NCBI RefSeq assembly: GCF_009914755.1
Contig: NC_060940.1
Origin: the human T2T-CHM13v2.0 reference genome, Homo sapiens
DNA length: 64,000 nucleotides
Reading direction: 5' to 3' (one strand)
Shown here: piece by piece, positions 1 to 17,360 of the stretch
Position numbering within the stretch: position 1 is the stretch's first letter
Layout: each line of letters begins with the position of its first letter
Made by a program: the position numbers and the translations under genes
Notes under the pieces: generated by a model
Databases searched by the model: none
What the model saw: the letters and a program-made list of their open reading frames with translations, nothing else
What the model was told of the DNA's origin: nothing

Positions 1-203
1 TGTGGTCACACACCCAGGAGCAGAGCATGTGCTGGGTTTTAGCACCCTTTGGCCGATCTGCTGGGTGCCCTTGAGCAGAGAACAACCAGGACCTCTGTAC
101 AGGGTGCCCCTGGCTAGGGGTATACTGGAGGCAGAGGAAAGCACCTTAGCAAAGGCCCTGAGGTGGGAGAAGCAGACACATTTGAGGAGCTGCCAAGTGC
201 CAG

Positions 204-789
204 TGAGGCAGGAGAATAGGGTCTGGAGGCAGGGAACCAAAGGCTGTCTCACACTGACATCCTAGAACTAAATTGAAAAGAAAACCCTAACTTTCCACGC
301 CTAAGTAACAGAAGGACCAGAGGCTACTCCCTTTTCAAATCCCAAAATTTCCTGCACAGCTGATGGGAAATTGGCTGTCCACAACCAATCAGACTGATTG
401 CGGGCCGAGTCTTTGTTTGCATAGAAGTCTTTGTTTGCATAACTTTATAACTTCACTTCAGCCTCTGGTTGGCTGCTTTCTACAACCAATCAGACTGATT
501 GCTGGCTACCACTTACTTCATTTACATGAGGTGAGCATGAAGTGGCCAAAGGGAAACTTCTAGGGGGTATTTGGACCCAAGAAGATTCTGTATCCTGGCT
601 CTTGAGCCGCTGCTTGGGTCCGCTCCCACACTGCAGAGTGTACTTTTGTCCTTTCGTTTTCAATAAATCCCTGCTTTTGTTCTTTTGTTGCTTCATTCTT
701 TCTTTGCTTTGCTGGGCGTTTTGTACAATTCTTTGTTCAAAACGCCAAGAACCTGGACAACTTGCAGTCACGACCCTCTACCAGTGACA
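204..789 (+). mobile_element. Solo ERV1 LTR, MER51-like
   Basis: TG...CA termini (tgaggcaggagaatagggtctggaggcaggg ... ccagtgaca), CCAAT boxes, AATAAA at 662, near-match 4-bp TSD ccag/cccg. Confidence 0.8.
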
Positions 790-1071
790 CCCGCAGGGCC
801 GGAGCATGAGGAGCAAGGCTGCTGGGAGGGGATCCAGAAAGTTCTCAGTAAATATCAGCCAGTGAGAATGCATTAGAGCATCATTCCCATGAATTCACTG
901 CCAACACACCAAGGTCTCCTTAAAAACACCAAGGTCTCTCTAGAAGCTGTTGAATTTTAACTAGTGAAGGGAAATTACTTCAGGGATGTGATTTGTTGGT
1001 GTCACACAACTGAGATATAGAGAATCAGGACAGTGGATGAGGAGAGACATTTAATGTGGAAAACAGGGAGC

Positions 1072-1185
1072 CCGGGCGGGGCGGGTGGCTCATGCCTGTA
1101 ATTCCAGTGCTTTGGGAGGCCGAGGTGGGAGGATTGCTTGAGGCCAAGAGTTGGAGACCACATAGCGAGACCCTGTCTCTACAGT
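1072..1185 (+). mobile_element. Alu left monomer (FLAM-like)
   Basis: Alu left-arm sequence only. Confidence 0.8.
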
Positions 1186-1189
1186 TTTA

Positions 1190-1497
<308 letters not shown>

Positions 1498-1735
1498 GAA
1501 AGGAAGAAAGAAAGAGAGAAAGAGAGGAAGAAGGGAAAGAACGGAAAGAAAGGGGAAAAAAAGGAAGAAATGGAAGAATCACCTAGAAAAGAAAGAAAGA
1601 GAGAGAGAGAGAGAGAAGGGAGGGAGGGAGGGAGGGGGGATGGAGGGAAGGAAGGAAGGAAAGAAAGAAAGAAAAGGGGAGGGGAGGGGAAGGGAAGGGA
1701 AGAAAGGAAAGAAAAAGGAAGAAATGGAAGAATCC
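1498..1735 (+). repeat. Purine-rich (GA) low-complexity tract
   Basis: (GAAA)n, (GA)n, (GGGA)n and (GGAA)n runs. Confidence 0.95.
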
Positions 1736-2648
1736 CCTTTACTTGGTCTCTTAGAAAGGACCTGTCCAGCCAGAAAATCAGAGCCTGGCAAAAGCACTGC
1801 ACTCAACTGCTGATAACTTCTGTGTTCTTTGTGGCTTTGATTTCTTTGGTTCTGGAAGAATTCAAAAGAGCATTCATTCATTTAAACAAATAGACTATAT
1901 CAAGCTTTTCTTTTTCTTTTTTTAAGTCAGAGTTTTTGGAAGGAAATGAAACCCTTGTATCCTGGAGAATCATGCACTGTTGCCAGTTAGCTTTGCAGTC
2001 TGTGGCAGGCCGGGCATCTGCATGTTTGCCCAGTTGAGGCTTGGTGTGTCAGCACTCCATGATAAGGGATGCTTGGGCTTTGGGATTGTATGGATCTGGG
2101 CCCAGATCCTCACTAGGCACCTACAAGCTGTGTGACCTTGGGCAGGTTAGTCAACCTGTCTGTGCCGTGAGTTACTGTAAGCTCTAGCTGTTATTTGGGA
2201 GAGTTTTGAGGCCAGGGCACTTGGGAGTCCCTTACTTGCAAAGTCATTTCTGGGGATGCTATACTGGGAGCAGCCTCCATGTGATCCACGTCCTTTGAGG
2301 GTTTCTTTCTTTTATATCTGAACAGTCTTGGCCTTTGCTTTTCAGACGTAGCTATGCTTTACTTTGGGGGAAACATAAAGAACCTGAATTAAGACAGATT
2401 TGTAAGACCTTGTCATCGGTTAGTGCCTCTGTTAAACTTTTAGTCTTGATTTTTTAATGTGGTATCTTTGATTTTTAAAAAAATCCCATGATATGAAAAA
2501 TCCCACAAGAGCAGACACTATCAACTGATCCAGCACTTGAGATATTTTATTTCTTATTAAGAATTACTGTTTAAGTATTTTTTTCTAAGCAGAAACAATA
2601 ATCCACAGCAGATTCATCTTTAAAAAAAAAAAAAAGAAGAAGAAGCAG

Positions 2649-3113
2649 TGAAACCAACCCAATCGTCCCATAGTTTTTGTTGTTGTTGTTGTTTTCAGAT
2701 AAACATAGAAATTGACTTTTCTGGTCTTAAAGCTTAAAACTTAATTTATCTGAGTTCCTTCCTCAGGGAAGGACCCCCAGGCCTCTTAGAAAAAAAAAGG
2801 ATCAAAGAACTGAAACTCATCAGATCACCACATCTAGACAATGAGATGCCAGAGCCCTCATTCATCATGATTGCTTCCTTGCTCCTCCCTAGTTCTTGTT
2901 TTCTTACACATTGTCACATTTCTTCCCTGCTGTATAAACCCCTAGTTTTTGTCTGTCTGGGAGGTGGATTTGAGACTGATCCCATCTCCTCCTGGCTGCA
3001 GCACTCGATTAAGATTAGAGCCTTCTTCCCTGGTAATACTCATCAGTTCAGTAATTGGCATTCTGTGTGGTGAGCAGCAAGACCTACACCAAACCCTTGA
3101 TGTTTCTGTAACA
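2649..3113 (+). mobile_element. Solo ERV LTR (LTR26/LTR47-like)
   Basis: tgaaaccaaccc...tctgtaaca termini, TATAAA near 2933, near-match TSD gcag/acag; subfamily uncertain. Confidence 0.75.
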
Positions 3114-3639
3114 ACAGCAGAACTTAAAAATGTGCTTGAATTTAAACCACATTAACCTGGAATGCATACTAATCAGAGATAAATTCCAGTATTCCTTTCA
3201 GGAAAGAGAGGAACTGCAGTCCTTAATTTCAATGGAAAGTTGGAGAAAGAGCTCTTTATTATGTCTCAGTCATACTGCAGTACATAAAGGCGGCTGCTCC
3301 TCTGTCTCTTGCATTGTATCCAAATAGTCTCATGTCAGTAATATGTATGTTGCACCTTCAGGACTAAAATGCAAGAATAGCAGCCTGAGTCCTTCAAAAG
3401 AAGAATAGGCTAACAATGATTTAAGATTATGCTGTTTTTTTAAAAAAAATCCTTCCCAGAGTTTAAAATAATAAATGCTAACTCAAGCATACACTTTTCT
3501 ATCTAAAATGACACTGTTGCCTGCTAAGAAAGGGGATGGATGAAGCACTTAATCAGAGAGGTCATTATGTTGTCAAAGGCAATGCCAAGGCTGAAGGACT
3601 GGATTCTCATGGGCATATAACCATTTTATTGCTTTTCAG

Positions 3640-3724
3640 CCCACGGCCGCCAATCCCACTCTCGCTCCTGCTGACAGAAGAGGAAGCAGCCCTCTACATT
3701 CAATCCTTCTGGAGAGCCTGTGTG
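3640..3724 (+). CDS. IQCK: IQCK internal coding exon (85 nt) encoding (H)PRPPIPLSLLLTEEEAALYIQSFWRACV, N-terminal part of the IQ motif
   Basis: Acceptor ttgcttttcag|C at 3639/3640, donor GTG|gtaaga at 3724/3725; peptide matches my recollection of human IQCK and splices in frame to 41825. Confidence 0.96.
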
Positions 3725-3902
3725 GTAAGAATCATATGCGACTGTGGTATTTGATTTAATGGGGAACTTTTGTGAGGTGGAGGGTCCAGGGTAAACCTTA
3801 GATGAGTTAGGAACAGGATATTATAGCTAACATCCAGACCTCAGAAATACGATTCTCTGTAAAATGGGTCTTAAAAAGTGATTTAGAATTTTTACTGAAA
3901 CT

Positions 3903-4237
3903 GGCTGGGCATAGTAGCTCATGGCTGTAATCCCAGAACTTTGCAGGGGCCAAGGTGGGAGGATCACTTGAGCCCAGGAGTTCAAGACCAGCCTGGGCAA
4001 CATGACGAAACCTCGTATCTGCCAAAAAAAAAAAAGAAAAAAGAAAAAGAAAAAAAAATACAAAACTTAGCCCATGTGGCGCACATCTGTAGTCTAGCTG
4101 CTGTTGGGAGGCGGAGGTGGGAGGATGGCTTGAGCCCAGGACGCAGAGGTTGCAGTAAGTGGGGATTGTGCCACTGCACTCCAGCCTGGGAGACAGAGAG
4201 ATACCCTGTCTCCAAAAAAAAAAAAAAAAAAAAAAAA
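3903..4237 (+). mobile_element. Alu (AluJ)
   Basis: Dimeric Alu with expanded A-rich linker and poly(A) tail. Confidence 0.92.
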
Positions 4238-4700
4238 ACACAAAGACTTTTTACCAAAACTTATTTTGTAGTTATTAAAAGTACTGTCTTAACCTTTTAA
4301 AGTTGGGTTGACTGGCCTGTATTGATATATACAAAGAAAAAACTACATTGTCATTTTAGAAAAAAAAACTGGAAAATTCACGTAAGTCGAATAAAATAAA
4401 TAAAAATTTTTGAGTCACTGATAACTCCGTCACCAAAAGATAATTATTGTTAACATTTTGGTATAAAACTACAAACTTTAAAAATCTGAATTCACATAGT
4501 GACGTATAAATACTTAACATAGAAAATAGCCTCTGCCTTTATAACTTGTCTTTTTTAACCATTTTTCTATTTGAGACTTTGAGGTTATTTACAGTATTTT
4601 TTATTGTTGTAATAAATGCTGCAGTAGACACCTTTGTGCAGTCATTTTTGCGCATTCGTCTGCTCATTTGTATAGGAGAATCCTAGAAGTGGAATTTCTA

Positions 4701-5075
<375 letters not shown>

Positions 5076-5928
5076 TCACCAAATACATATGAGAGTAGCA
5101 TGTGTATCTCATTCCAAAAAGTATACAACCTCTCCAATTATTTGGCAATTAGTGTATCAATGTTAACAAGCTTCCATGAAGCTCCCATTCTAGGTAGCAA
5201 GATGACTTTCCCTGAATCTGAGCATCAGATATCATGGAATGAGCTTACATTTAACATCAGCAGTGGCAAACACTGCCAGAGGGAAAGGTCCCAGTGGATT
5301 TCCATAGAGGCCAAAGCTCTTCATACTCTATACACAGCTGATGTAGGAAAAAGAGACTCTGAAAAACACACCAGCAAAAAGCTATCAGTTAAGAAGTTGG
5401 ATTAATCCTAACAAGCTACAATTAATAACAAATATTTGCTACATGCCCATTAGTGGAACTGTCCCTGAACACAAGAGCTTACTGTATGAGTCAGTATTGT
5501 CCAGTTATTCCATTCCTTTTGTACATGGTACATTCCAGAAACCATGGGCTAAAGGGAAGTGTGAAAGTTAAGTAACATATTTGCACATTAAAGGAGAAGT
5601 CTATGCCCAAAGAGTTAAAACAAACAAACAAACAAACAACAACAACAACAAAAAAACCACCCTGTTACAGAAACCCCTATTATTCCCCGTGATTTAGACA
5701 TAGTTTTTTATAATGTAGGTTTTCAGTATTTCATACATATTTTATAAATGTGGTCTTTTTTCTTCATTGAACACCAGAAGGTTAGCTTACATCCAGGGAT
5801 GTCTAACCAAAGCAAAATATTCCTGGCGTTCAGATACTACTTGAATTCCATCTTTGATTTGTGAGACTTATACTTGTTACACTAGAATCAGCAATTTTAC
5901 TTTTCTATTTTTATGAAATGTTAAGAGC

Positions 5929-6222
5929 AGACTGTGAGTGGTGGCTCACACCTGTAATCCCAGCACTTTGGGAGGCCAAGGCAGGCAGATCTCTTGAGGT
6001 CAGGAGTTTGAAACCAGCCTGGCCAGCATGGTAAAACCCTATCTCTACTAAAAATACAAAAACTAGCTGGGCATGGTGGCATATGCCTGTAATCCCAGCT
6101 ACTTAGGAGGCTGAGGCACGAGAATCGCTTGAACCCAGGAGGTGGAGGTTGCAGTCAGCTGAGATTGTGCCACTGCATTCCAGCCTTGGTGACAGAGTGA
6201 GACTCTGTCTCAATAAAGAAAA
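5929..6222 (+). mobile_element. Alu (AluS)
   Basis: Alu match. Confidence 0.9.
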
Positions 6223-6858
6223 GGTAAGAGCAAAGTGCAATAAAATAGTCATTTTCAAGCCCGTCCTTGAAACAGGTGTGTGCTGTCAAACGAAATCATA
6301 CCCAGAAGCCCAGTATGTAACCAGTATGTAACAGTAAAAGGGGAACTGTTTGTCCCTGATTCTCCCATGGTAAGATTCCACCCACCCTCATCCTTCCACA
6401 CACAAGGAGCTTTGGGATTCGTTCTTAGTGATATGAATACAGCATAAAGCAGTCTGTAAGACAGCTGAATTCTACTTATCATACCAACAAACGCTGCCAT
6501 ATAAACAGATGTCAAAGTGGCTCGAAATTTAACTGTGGCTATAGCACCATCATCACACAATAGCTATAAATGTGTTTATAGCTAAAAAGATGTTTAGGGG
6601 GGTATCAGTGTATACTGTATGAAAGTTCAGGCTGTTCAAATCTAAACACCTCCCCTGCTAAAATCATAACCAGAGGGGGCTACAAAAGGGGGAACAATTT
6701 TGAGCCATCACTAGAAGGAAAAGATGCCTGATGTATGGATGACCTTAGAAGGCACCACAGAAAAGAGGGACTTCCTGAGTTTTAAAGAGGAGGTGGGCAC
6801 TGGTATGTCAGCTGGGACCAAGAGGGTATTCTGGGGAGAGGAAACAGCATACATACAT

Positions 6859-7207
6859 TGTCAAAAGAAAAACTTTAGACAAAATTAACAGAAGTTATTT
6901 GAGCAAAGAACAATTCATGAATTAGGCAGCACTCAGAACCAGGAGAGAGGTTCAGAGAGCTCTACCCAGCAACCTAGGCAGGCCTTATTTATAGACAGAA
7001 AGTGGAAATGACATCCAGAAACAGCTTGATTGGTTACAGCTTGGCATTGCCTAATATGGACGTGGTCTCATCAGTTGGCAGCCTGCAATTGACTGAAGCT
7101 TGTCTACTGTGATTGGCTGAGACTCAGCTACTTGTTACAAAAATGTACTCTCGTAGATTGCAGTTTATGATCCATGGAGGCAGGTTTAGGCCGCATTTAA
7201 TTTAATA
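6859..7207 (-). mobile_element. Solo ERV1 LTR (MER57/MER93-like)
   Basis: tgtcaaaagaaaaactttagacaaa... and several ATTGG boxes typical of the reverse complement of this family. Confidence 0.7.
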
Positions 7208-7340
7208 CTATTATGCCATTTTTTGTTAAAGCATATTGTATATTTTGAATACATGCACACACACACGGATAGGAAATTAGCTAAAAGGAAACAGCAATCT
7301 GACAACAGTGAGTACCTTGGGGCAGCTGGGAAAGAACTAG

Positions 7341-7684
<344 letters not shown>

Positions 7685-7744
7685 TGAACACATTTTTTTA
7701 CAAAGAGAATGTAGTATGATTTTGTTTAATTAAAAGTGAACTTA

Positions 7745-10330
<2,586 letters not shown>

Positions 10331-10649
10331 AAATGAACAAATATTATGGGGAAAAATATAAAGCAAGTCATCCTTTTATTCCTTTTGACCATGTGTTCTT
10401 TCGATACAAGTTCTTGATTTTTGACCTGGTTTTGGCAGTAAAAAGTAAACGTCCTATGACTAGCAGAAGGGACTTTCGGGAATTCACGAAATGAATCTCG
10501 AAGCTTCCTTACTCTGTCCTTACCCACTGCCATGTAGGTTTTACTAGATTTGCCAGCAACAAAAACTTTTACTTATATTCTCTCAAATGCCCTGAAGGAA
10601 AAATAGAGTCTTTCTACAAGTTTTTTGTTTTTTTTTTTTTGGTGTGTGT

Positions 10650-11030
10650 GTGTGTATAGCAAAATGTACCTAACAGAATTTACCGTCTTAATTTTTAGGT
10701 GTACATTTCAGTGGCATTAAGTACATTCACAACATAATGCAACCATGACCACCATCCATATCCTTTTTCCTCTTTCTCAACTGAAACTATGTACCCATTC
10801 AATAATAACTTCTCATTCTCCCTCCTCCTAGCCCCTGGCAATCACCATTGTATTCTCTGTCTATGAATTTGACGACTCTAAGTATGTTATATAAAGGAGG
10901 TCATATAGTGTTTGTCTTTTTGGGACTGGCCTATTTTATTGAGCCTAATGTCCTCAAGGTTGTTACATCCATGTTGTAGCATGTGTCAGAATATTCTTCC
11001 TTTTGAAGGCTGAATAATCTTCATGCCATG
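10650..11030 (-). mobile_element. L1M 3' UTR fragment
   Basis: gtacatttcagtggcattaagtacattcac...gtagcatgtgtcagaat pattern. Confidence 0.75.
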
Positions 11031-11265
11031 AAGTTTTAAAATCCAGAAATCTGACATCTTCACCCATCTAACACAAAACTAGCCAGACGTCTCATAAAAA
11101 TATTAATATATTTTAACCAACCGCAGTAACAGAGATGTCATGTGATCTGAAAGGCTATTTGTAGTGAACCATTCTTGGTAGCTGTGATTTTGGAATTAGC
11201 ATTCTAAATAGGTCCTGGATATTTATGACTACACATTAAGCACTTCTATAGAAGTGGACATTCTC

Positions 11266-11606
<341 letters not shown>

Positions 11607-11631
11607 TAGTGGTTGAAAAGTCAGATTGTTT

Positions 11632-11892
<261 letters not shown>

Positions 11893-12938
11893 GAAAAGTC
11901 AGATTGTTTCAATGTGCAAAAACTGAGTGTTAGTTTTTAATGTTGTGAATGAATTCTGGTCCTCTTCTGAAAACTCTCCTTTTCCAAGTGTGATTGGTGA
12001 TAAGTCACGCACTTTTGCATCACTGGTGTTCTTTGGTTTATGAAATCTTGGATACAATTGGTAAGAAAAAAAACCTTGCTTTCTTGTGAGGTTCAAATAT
12101 AAGGTTCTTATGGGCCATCATGATGGAAATTTCTTTAATGATTTTAGAAGTAGAGACCAGATAAATCCACTGAATATTTATTCCGTCTAAATAAGCGCCC
12201 GTGGTGTTTTATGCCTTCTACTCATTTGTTTTGTTTTATTCTAACTCAGCAGAGTCACCCAGGGTGGCATGCATTAGCAATCCTCCCCTCGTCCCAACAT
12301 CAGCTCCCCTTCCAGGCATTGTGACAACTGAGAATTACGAAGTCCATCAATCATTACCCGTTATTTGATGAACAATACAGTGCCAGGTTGCTGCAGCAGC
12401 CCCTTTGAGGCCTTGCAAAAAAAAAAAAAAAACAAAAAAACCAATAAAATAAAATAACGGAGATTTCTGATCTCCACTTGCAGAGAACAATAAGAATCTG
12501 TGCATTGGGCGAACTAGGGTAAATGAGGGAACCCCCAAGGAGAAACAGCTTGGTATCAGCAGAGTACAAGGTTGAGGGTGGGACAGATCTCACCCTAGAT
12601 GTGGAGGGGCTGTGGCAGCCTGGACACGTATTCCATCCTTCTGGCTATAGGACTTAGTTCATGATGGGCAGCAGACGGAAATCAGCCCAGTCAGACCTAG
12701 TGAGACTCCATTCTGGGATCCTCAGTGGAGTGGCTGGGACAGAGCAGCCCTCTTTGCACTGGGGTTACCGTGAGGCCAGACTGTCAGCACCATCTTAACA
12801 CAGTGTGAAGAGCCTGTTGGAAAAATGACCACAGAGGCAAGCAGGGGTAAGAGGCAGAGAAAGGGGCTGGGTCCTGAAGTTGTCGTTTGAGGGCCTGCAT
12901 TCAGCTATACCAATGAATCCCCTTAAAGATGGACTTCA

Positions 12939-13253
<315 letters not shown>

Positions 13254-13557
13254 TCACTTACAGCCTAGAGTCCTGACAATAAAATTTTCAGTATGAAAAT
13301 ATGCAGACTTTTTATTACTGGCACACAAAGGAGGATATTGGCACAAAATGAAAATCTGGACCCAATGGTAGAGAGCAGCCATTTCAATTTGTCCCAGGAA
13401 AAGACTGTCCTATGTCAGCTTGAGGCTTGGCCATGGCTGGAGAGGAGAGCCTACCCCAACAAGCAAATTTGTCTAAAACGTATATATATTTTTTAATTGT
13501 GCAAGTAATGCATATCACTTGTGGAAAAAATAGATAATGCATATAAGTTTTGGGGTC

Positions 13558-13858
<301 letters not shown>

Positions 13859-14065
13859 TAAGCTTTTTAAAAATATATACTATTCATCCTTCTAGAATTT
13901 TTTCTATTCATATGGAAATTTTTAAAACATTTTTTACAAAATTGCAATTATAAACACTTTTTTAAGCCTACTCTCTCTCCTTAATATATATTGGGAATAT
14001 GTTTCATTATTGCCACACAAAGATGTACCTCACAAATTTTAATTCTTCTATGGTATATATATATA

Positions 14066-14446
<381 letters not shown>

Positions 14447-14537
14447 TGAATACATTGAGTCATAACTTAATCATAGGTGGTTAGACATTCTTGTTTCCTC
14501 TCCTATATATTCAGTGAAAAACATTATTGCTCAAATT

Positions 14538-14722
14538 CACACACCTGTAGTCCCAGCTACTCAGGATGCTGAGTGGGAGGATCACTTAAGCCCTGGGAGG
14601 TCGAGACTGCAGTGAGCTCTGATAATGCCATTGCACTGCAGCCTGAGTGACAGAGAAAGACCCTGTCTCTCAAATAAAACAGAGCAAAATAAAAAACAAA
14701 AACAGAAAACCAAAAACCCAAA
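14538..14722 (+). mobile_element. Alu right monomer (FRAM-like)
   Basis: Right-arm sequence plus A-rich tail. Confidence 0.82.
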
Positions 14723-16104
14723 AGCATCCTCGTTCATATGTCTGCACACCTGTCCGATTTTTCTCCAGATTAATTGCTGGCATTGGAATTGATAGCTCAA
14801 AGAGTAAGCACCGTTTCTCAAGAGTTCAGATCATTATTGATAAATTACCCTCTAGAGAGGCTGGAGTTCAACCCCTAGACCAATCTATATGCACACCAGC
14901 AATGTATGCAAGTGTACTTTAGCCATAGGTTTTGATGGGAAAGTAGAGAGAGGAAGGAAGGGATTGGGAGCGTGATGCATGTCTCGGGAGGGTGGAGTTG
15001 TGAGGACACCATGCTAGAGGGTATGAGAAGGGAGGACCAGTTTGTTCAGTTGTGTGGGCTGTGCGCTGCACAACTCGGGGATACCATTCAAAACCATATG
15101 TATTAGACATCTGAGGCTTGGAGAAGCTTGGGAAATAGTAGTTGAGTGGCCACTTGCTACATATTTTTAAATTCCGCTGGCCTACCCAGCTCCTAGCCTA
15201 TGGTTTTTAAAACCCCTCTGCTAGCTGGAGGCTGGATGAGTCAATGGAGCGTGTATCGGTGATACCGTATAGAAGCACTACTGTCTTGATCAAGAATTTG
15301 CATTTTCTTCCTGAAATTATGCAGCATCTTAAACATGAATATTCAATAATATTTAATATTCAATAATAATAATTATAAAATAAATATTGGGAATTTAATC
15401 CATAGAGTATTATTTAAACACTAAAAATAATCAACATCAGTCATGGTAACAAGATGGAAATTGCCCATAGTATTACTAAGTGAAAAATGAATAAAATGCC
15501 ACGTGCAGATTATTTTATGATTATGTAAAAAATAACTTTATATAGAAAATAGGCTACAAAGACATATGTAAAATATTGTGATTGTTCAGTGGCAGGATAA
15601 GGAGTGATGTTTTTATTCTCTCTGTTTTATATTTTTAAAATTATTTACAAAGAACATATATGGCTTTTACAAAGTAATAAAAACTTTACTTAGAAACCTA
15701 TATTCCACCATGATAATGTTTTTTACTCTTTTCTTCTTTAGTTAAAATTTGACATACTTAGACTATTTTTTCTGAGCCTTTTTAGGAGTGTGTGTTTGTG
15801 TGTGTGTGTAAATATGCAAAAAAAATTTGAAACACTAGTATTTGGAAAGTGTTCTTTGTTTTATTTTAATCTGATTGTTAGTGTACTCTGTTCATTCTGA
15901 AATTCCAAAATCATCTTGTTTTGTATTTCATAGTCTTTCTAATAGTGTTTTTGGTTTTGGGTTTGGGCTGTGTGTGTGTGTGTCTATGTACACAATAAGT
16001 GCTTATGGTTAAATAATATTTTCACTAGCAGAGAAGTTTGAGGATTTTTGCCTATAGACCTCCTATTACAAGTCTTCACAGTCTTTCTCTCTCTCTCTCT
16101 CTCT

Positions 16105-16405
16105 TTTTTTTTTTTTTTTATGAGACAGGATCTCTGTCTCTGTCACTCAGGCTGGAGTGCAGTGGCGCAGTCACAGCTCACTGCAGCCTCCGCCTGCTGG
16201 GCTCAAGTGATCCTCCCACCTCAGCTTCCTGAGTAGCTGGGATGACAGGCACACTCCACCATGCCTGGCTAATTTTTGTATTTTTTGTAGAGATGGGGTT
16301 TCATCATGTTGCCCAGGCTGGTCTTGATCTCCTGGGCCCAAGTGATCCTCCCTTCTTGTCCTCCCAATGTGCTGGGATTCCAGACATGAGCCACTGCACC
16401 CAGCC
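16105..16405 (-). mobile_element. Alu (AluJ) with (CT)n-poly(T) tail
   Basis: TSD tcttcacagtctt on both sides. Confidence 0.92.
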
Positions 16406-17009
16406 TCTTCACAGTCTTAACTGACAAGGAATCATAGACCGCAAGTCATTTGGAGAACAGTTTGGCCTCACAGAGAAAGCCTTCCACGCTACACGTGTTA
16501 TACTTCACTGGAGAATATGCACTGAATCAGCGGACAGTCTAAAAGGCAGGGCATTCAGAAGACTCAGTTAAAAGTGGTGGGTGTTCAGGTGTGTTTTGAT
16601 TTGATTTAACTTTATTTTTTATTCTGAAAAACCACTCCTTTCTATTTAGAGAAGATCTGGCCTACATAGTTAGATAGAAAATAGATGATGAAAACAGCTC
16701 AGGATAAAAACCAAACACGTATGGAAAGGACCTTTAAACAATACAAATAAAAGGTTTTGTAGTTCCTCCCATATTTTTCTACAAAAAGCGGAAATTACAA
16801 CTTAAGGCTCAGCACTGAGAGGGAGAGAGGTTTCTCCAAGTCGGGCAGCTGGCTGGGCTATTAAGCACGACAGGTTTTATTTTTTCTGAAAGGTCACTTG
16901 AAGTTCTCATTACTGGCCTTAACTTTCTTGTCTTCAATGTTGTGGCTGAAGACAAAGACTTATTTTTTTTTTCCAGGTAAAACATGCCCTATGGCAATTT
17001 GTTAATAAT

Positions 17010-17360
17010 GTGGGCTCTAGCAGCAGACAGACCTGTTTGAATCCCAACGTGTCAGGTTATTAACCCATTTATGCCTGAGATTGTAATTTTTTGAATTTTT
17101 GCAACCAGACTTTGGTGACGACTTTGAGCAGTAGGATATAAATAACTCCCACGTGCTTAGCGTTCCAATAATGGAACACTAGGCATAAATGGGTTTTAAT
17201 AACCATGGGCAGATTATGTAACTTCTGAGCCACAGTTTTCTGTTTGTAAAATGGGAGTAATAATTCCTGCCTATGAAGATCGAATCAGATGCTTCAGTCC
17301 ACATAAGGAACATGGCACAGTGCCAAGGACATAGTAAATCCACAAGAAATATTGGCTGTT
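17010..17360. mobile_element. MIR interrupted by MER85
   Basis: MIR core cagttttctgtttgtaaaatgggagtaataat. Confidence 0.65.
17064..17193 (-). mobile_element. MER85 piggyBac MITE
   Basis: TTAA at 17060-17063, perfect 13-bp TIRs CCCATTTATGCCT/AGGCATAAATGGG, internal palindrome GTTCCAATAATGGAAC at 17162-17177. Confidence 0.92.

Noticed and set aside
906-938. acaccaaggtctc repeated with 20-nt period
   Set aside because: Two-copy local duplication; not an array and no evident function
3536-3639. ATG-initiated 5' part of ORF 3536-3754
   Set aside because: Intronic sequence upstream of a clear splice acceptor; only 3640-3724 matches IQCK
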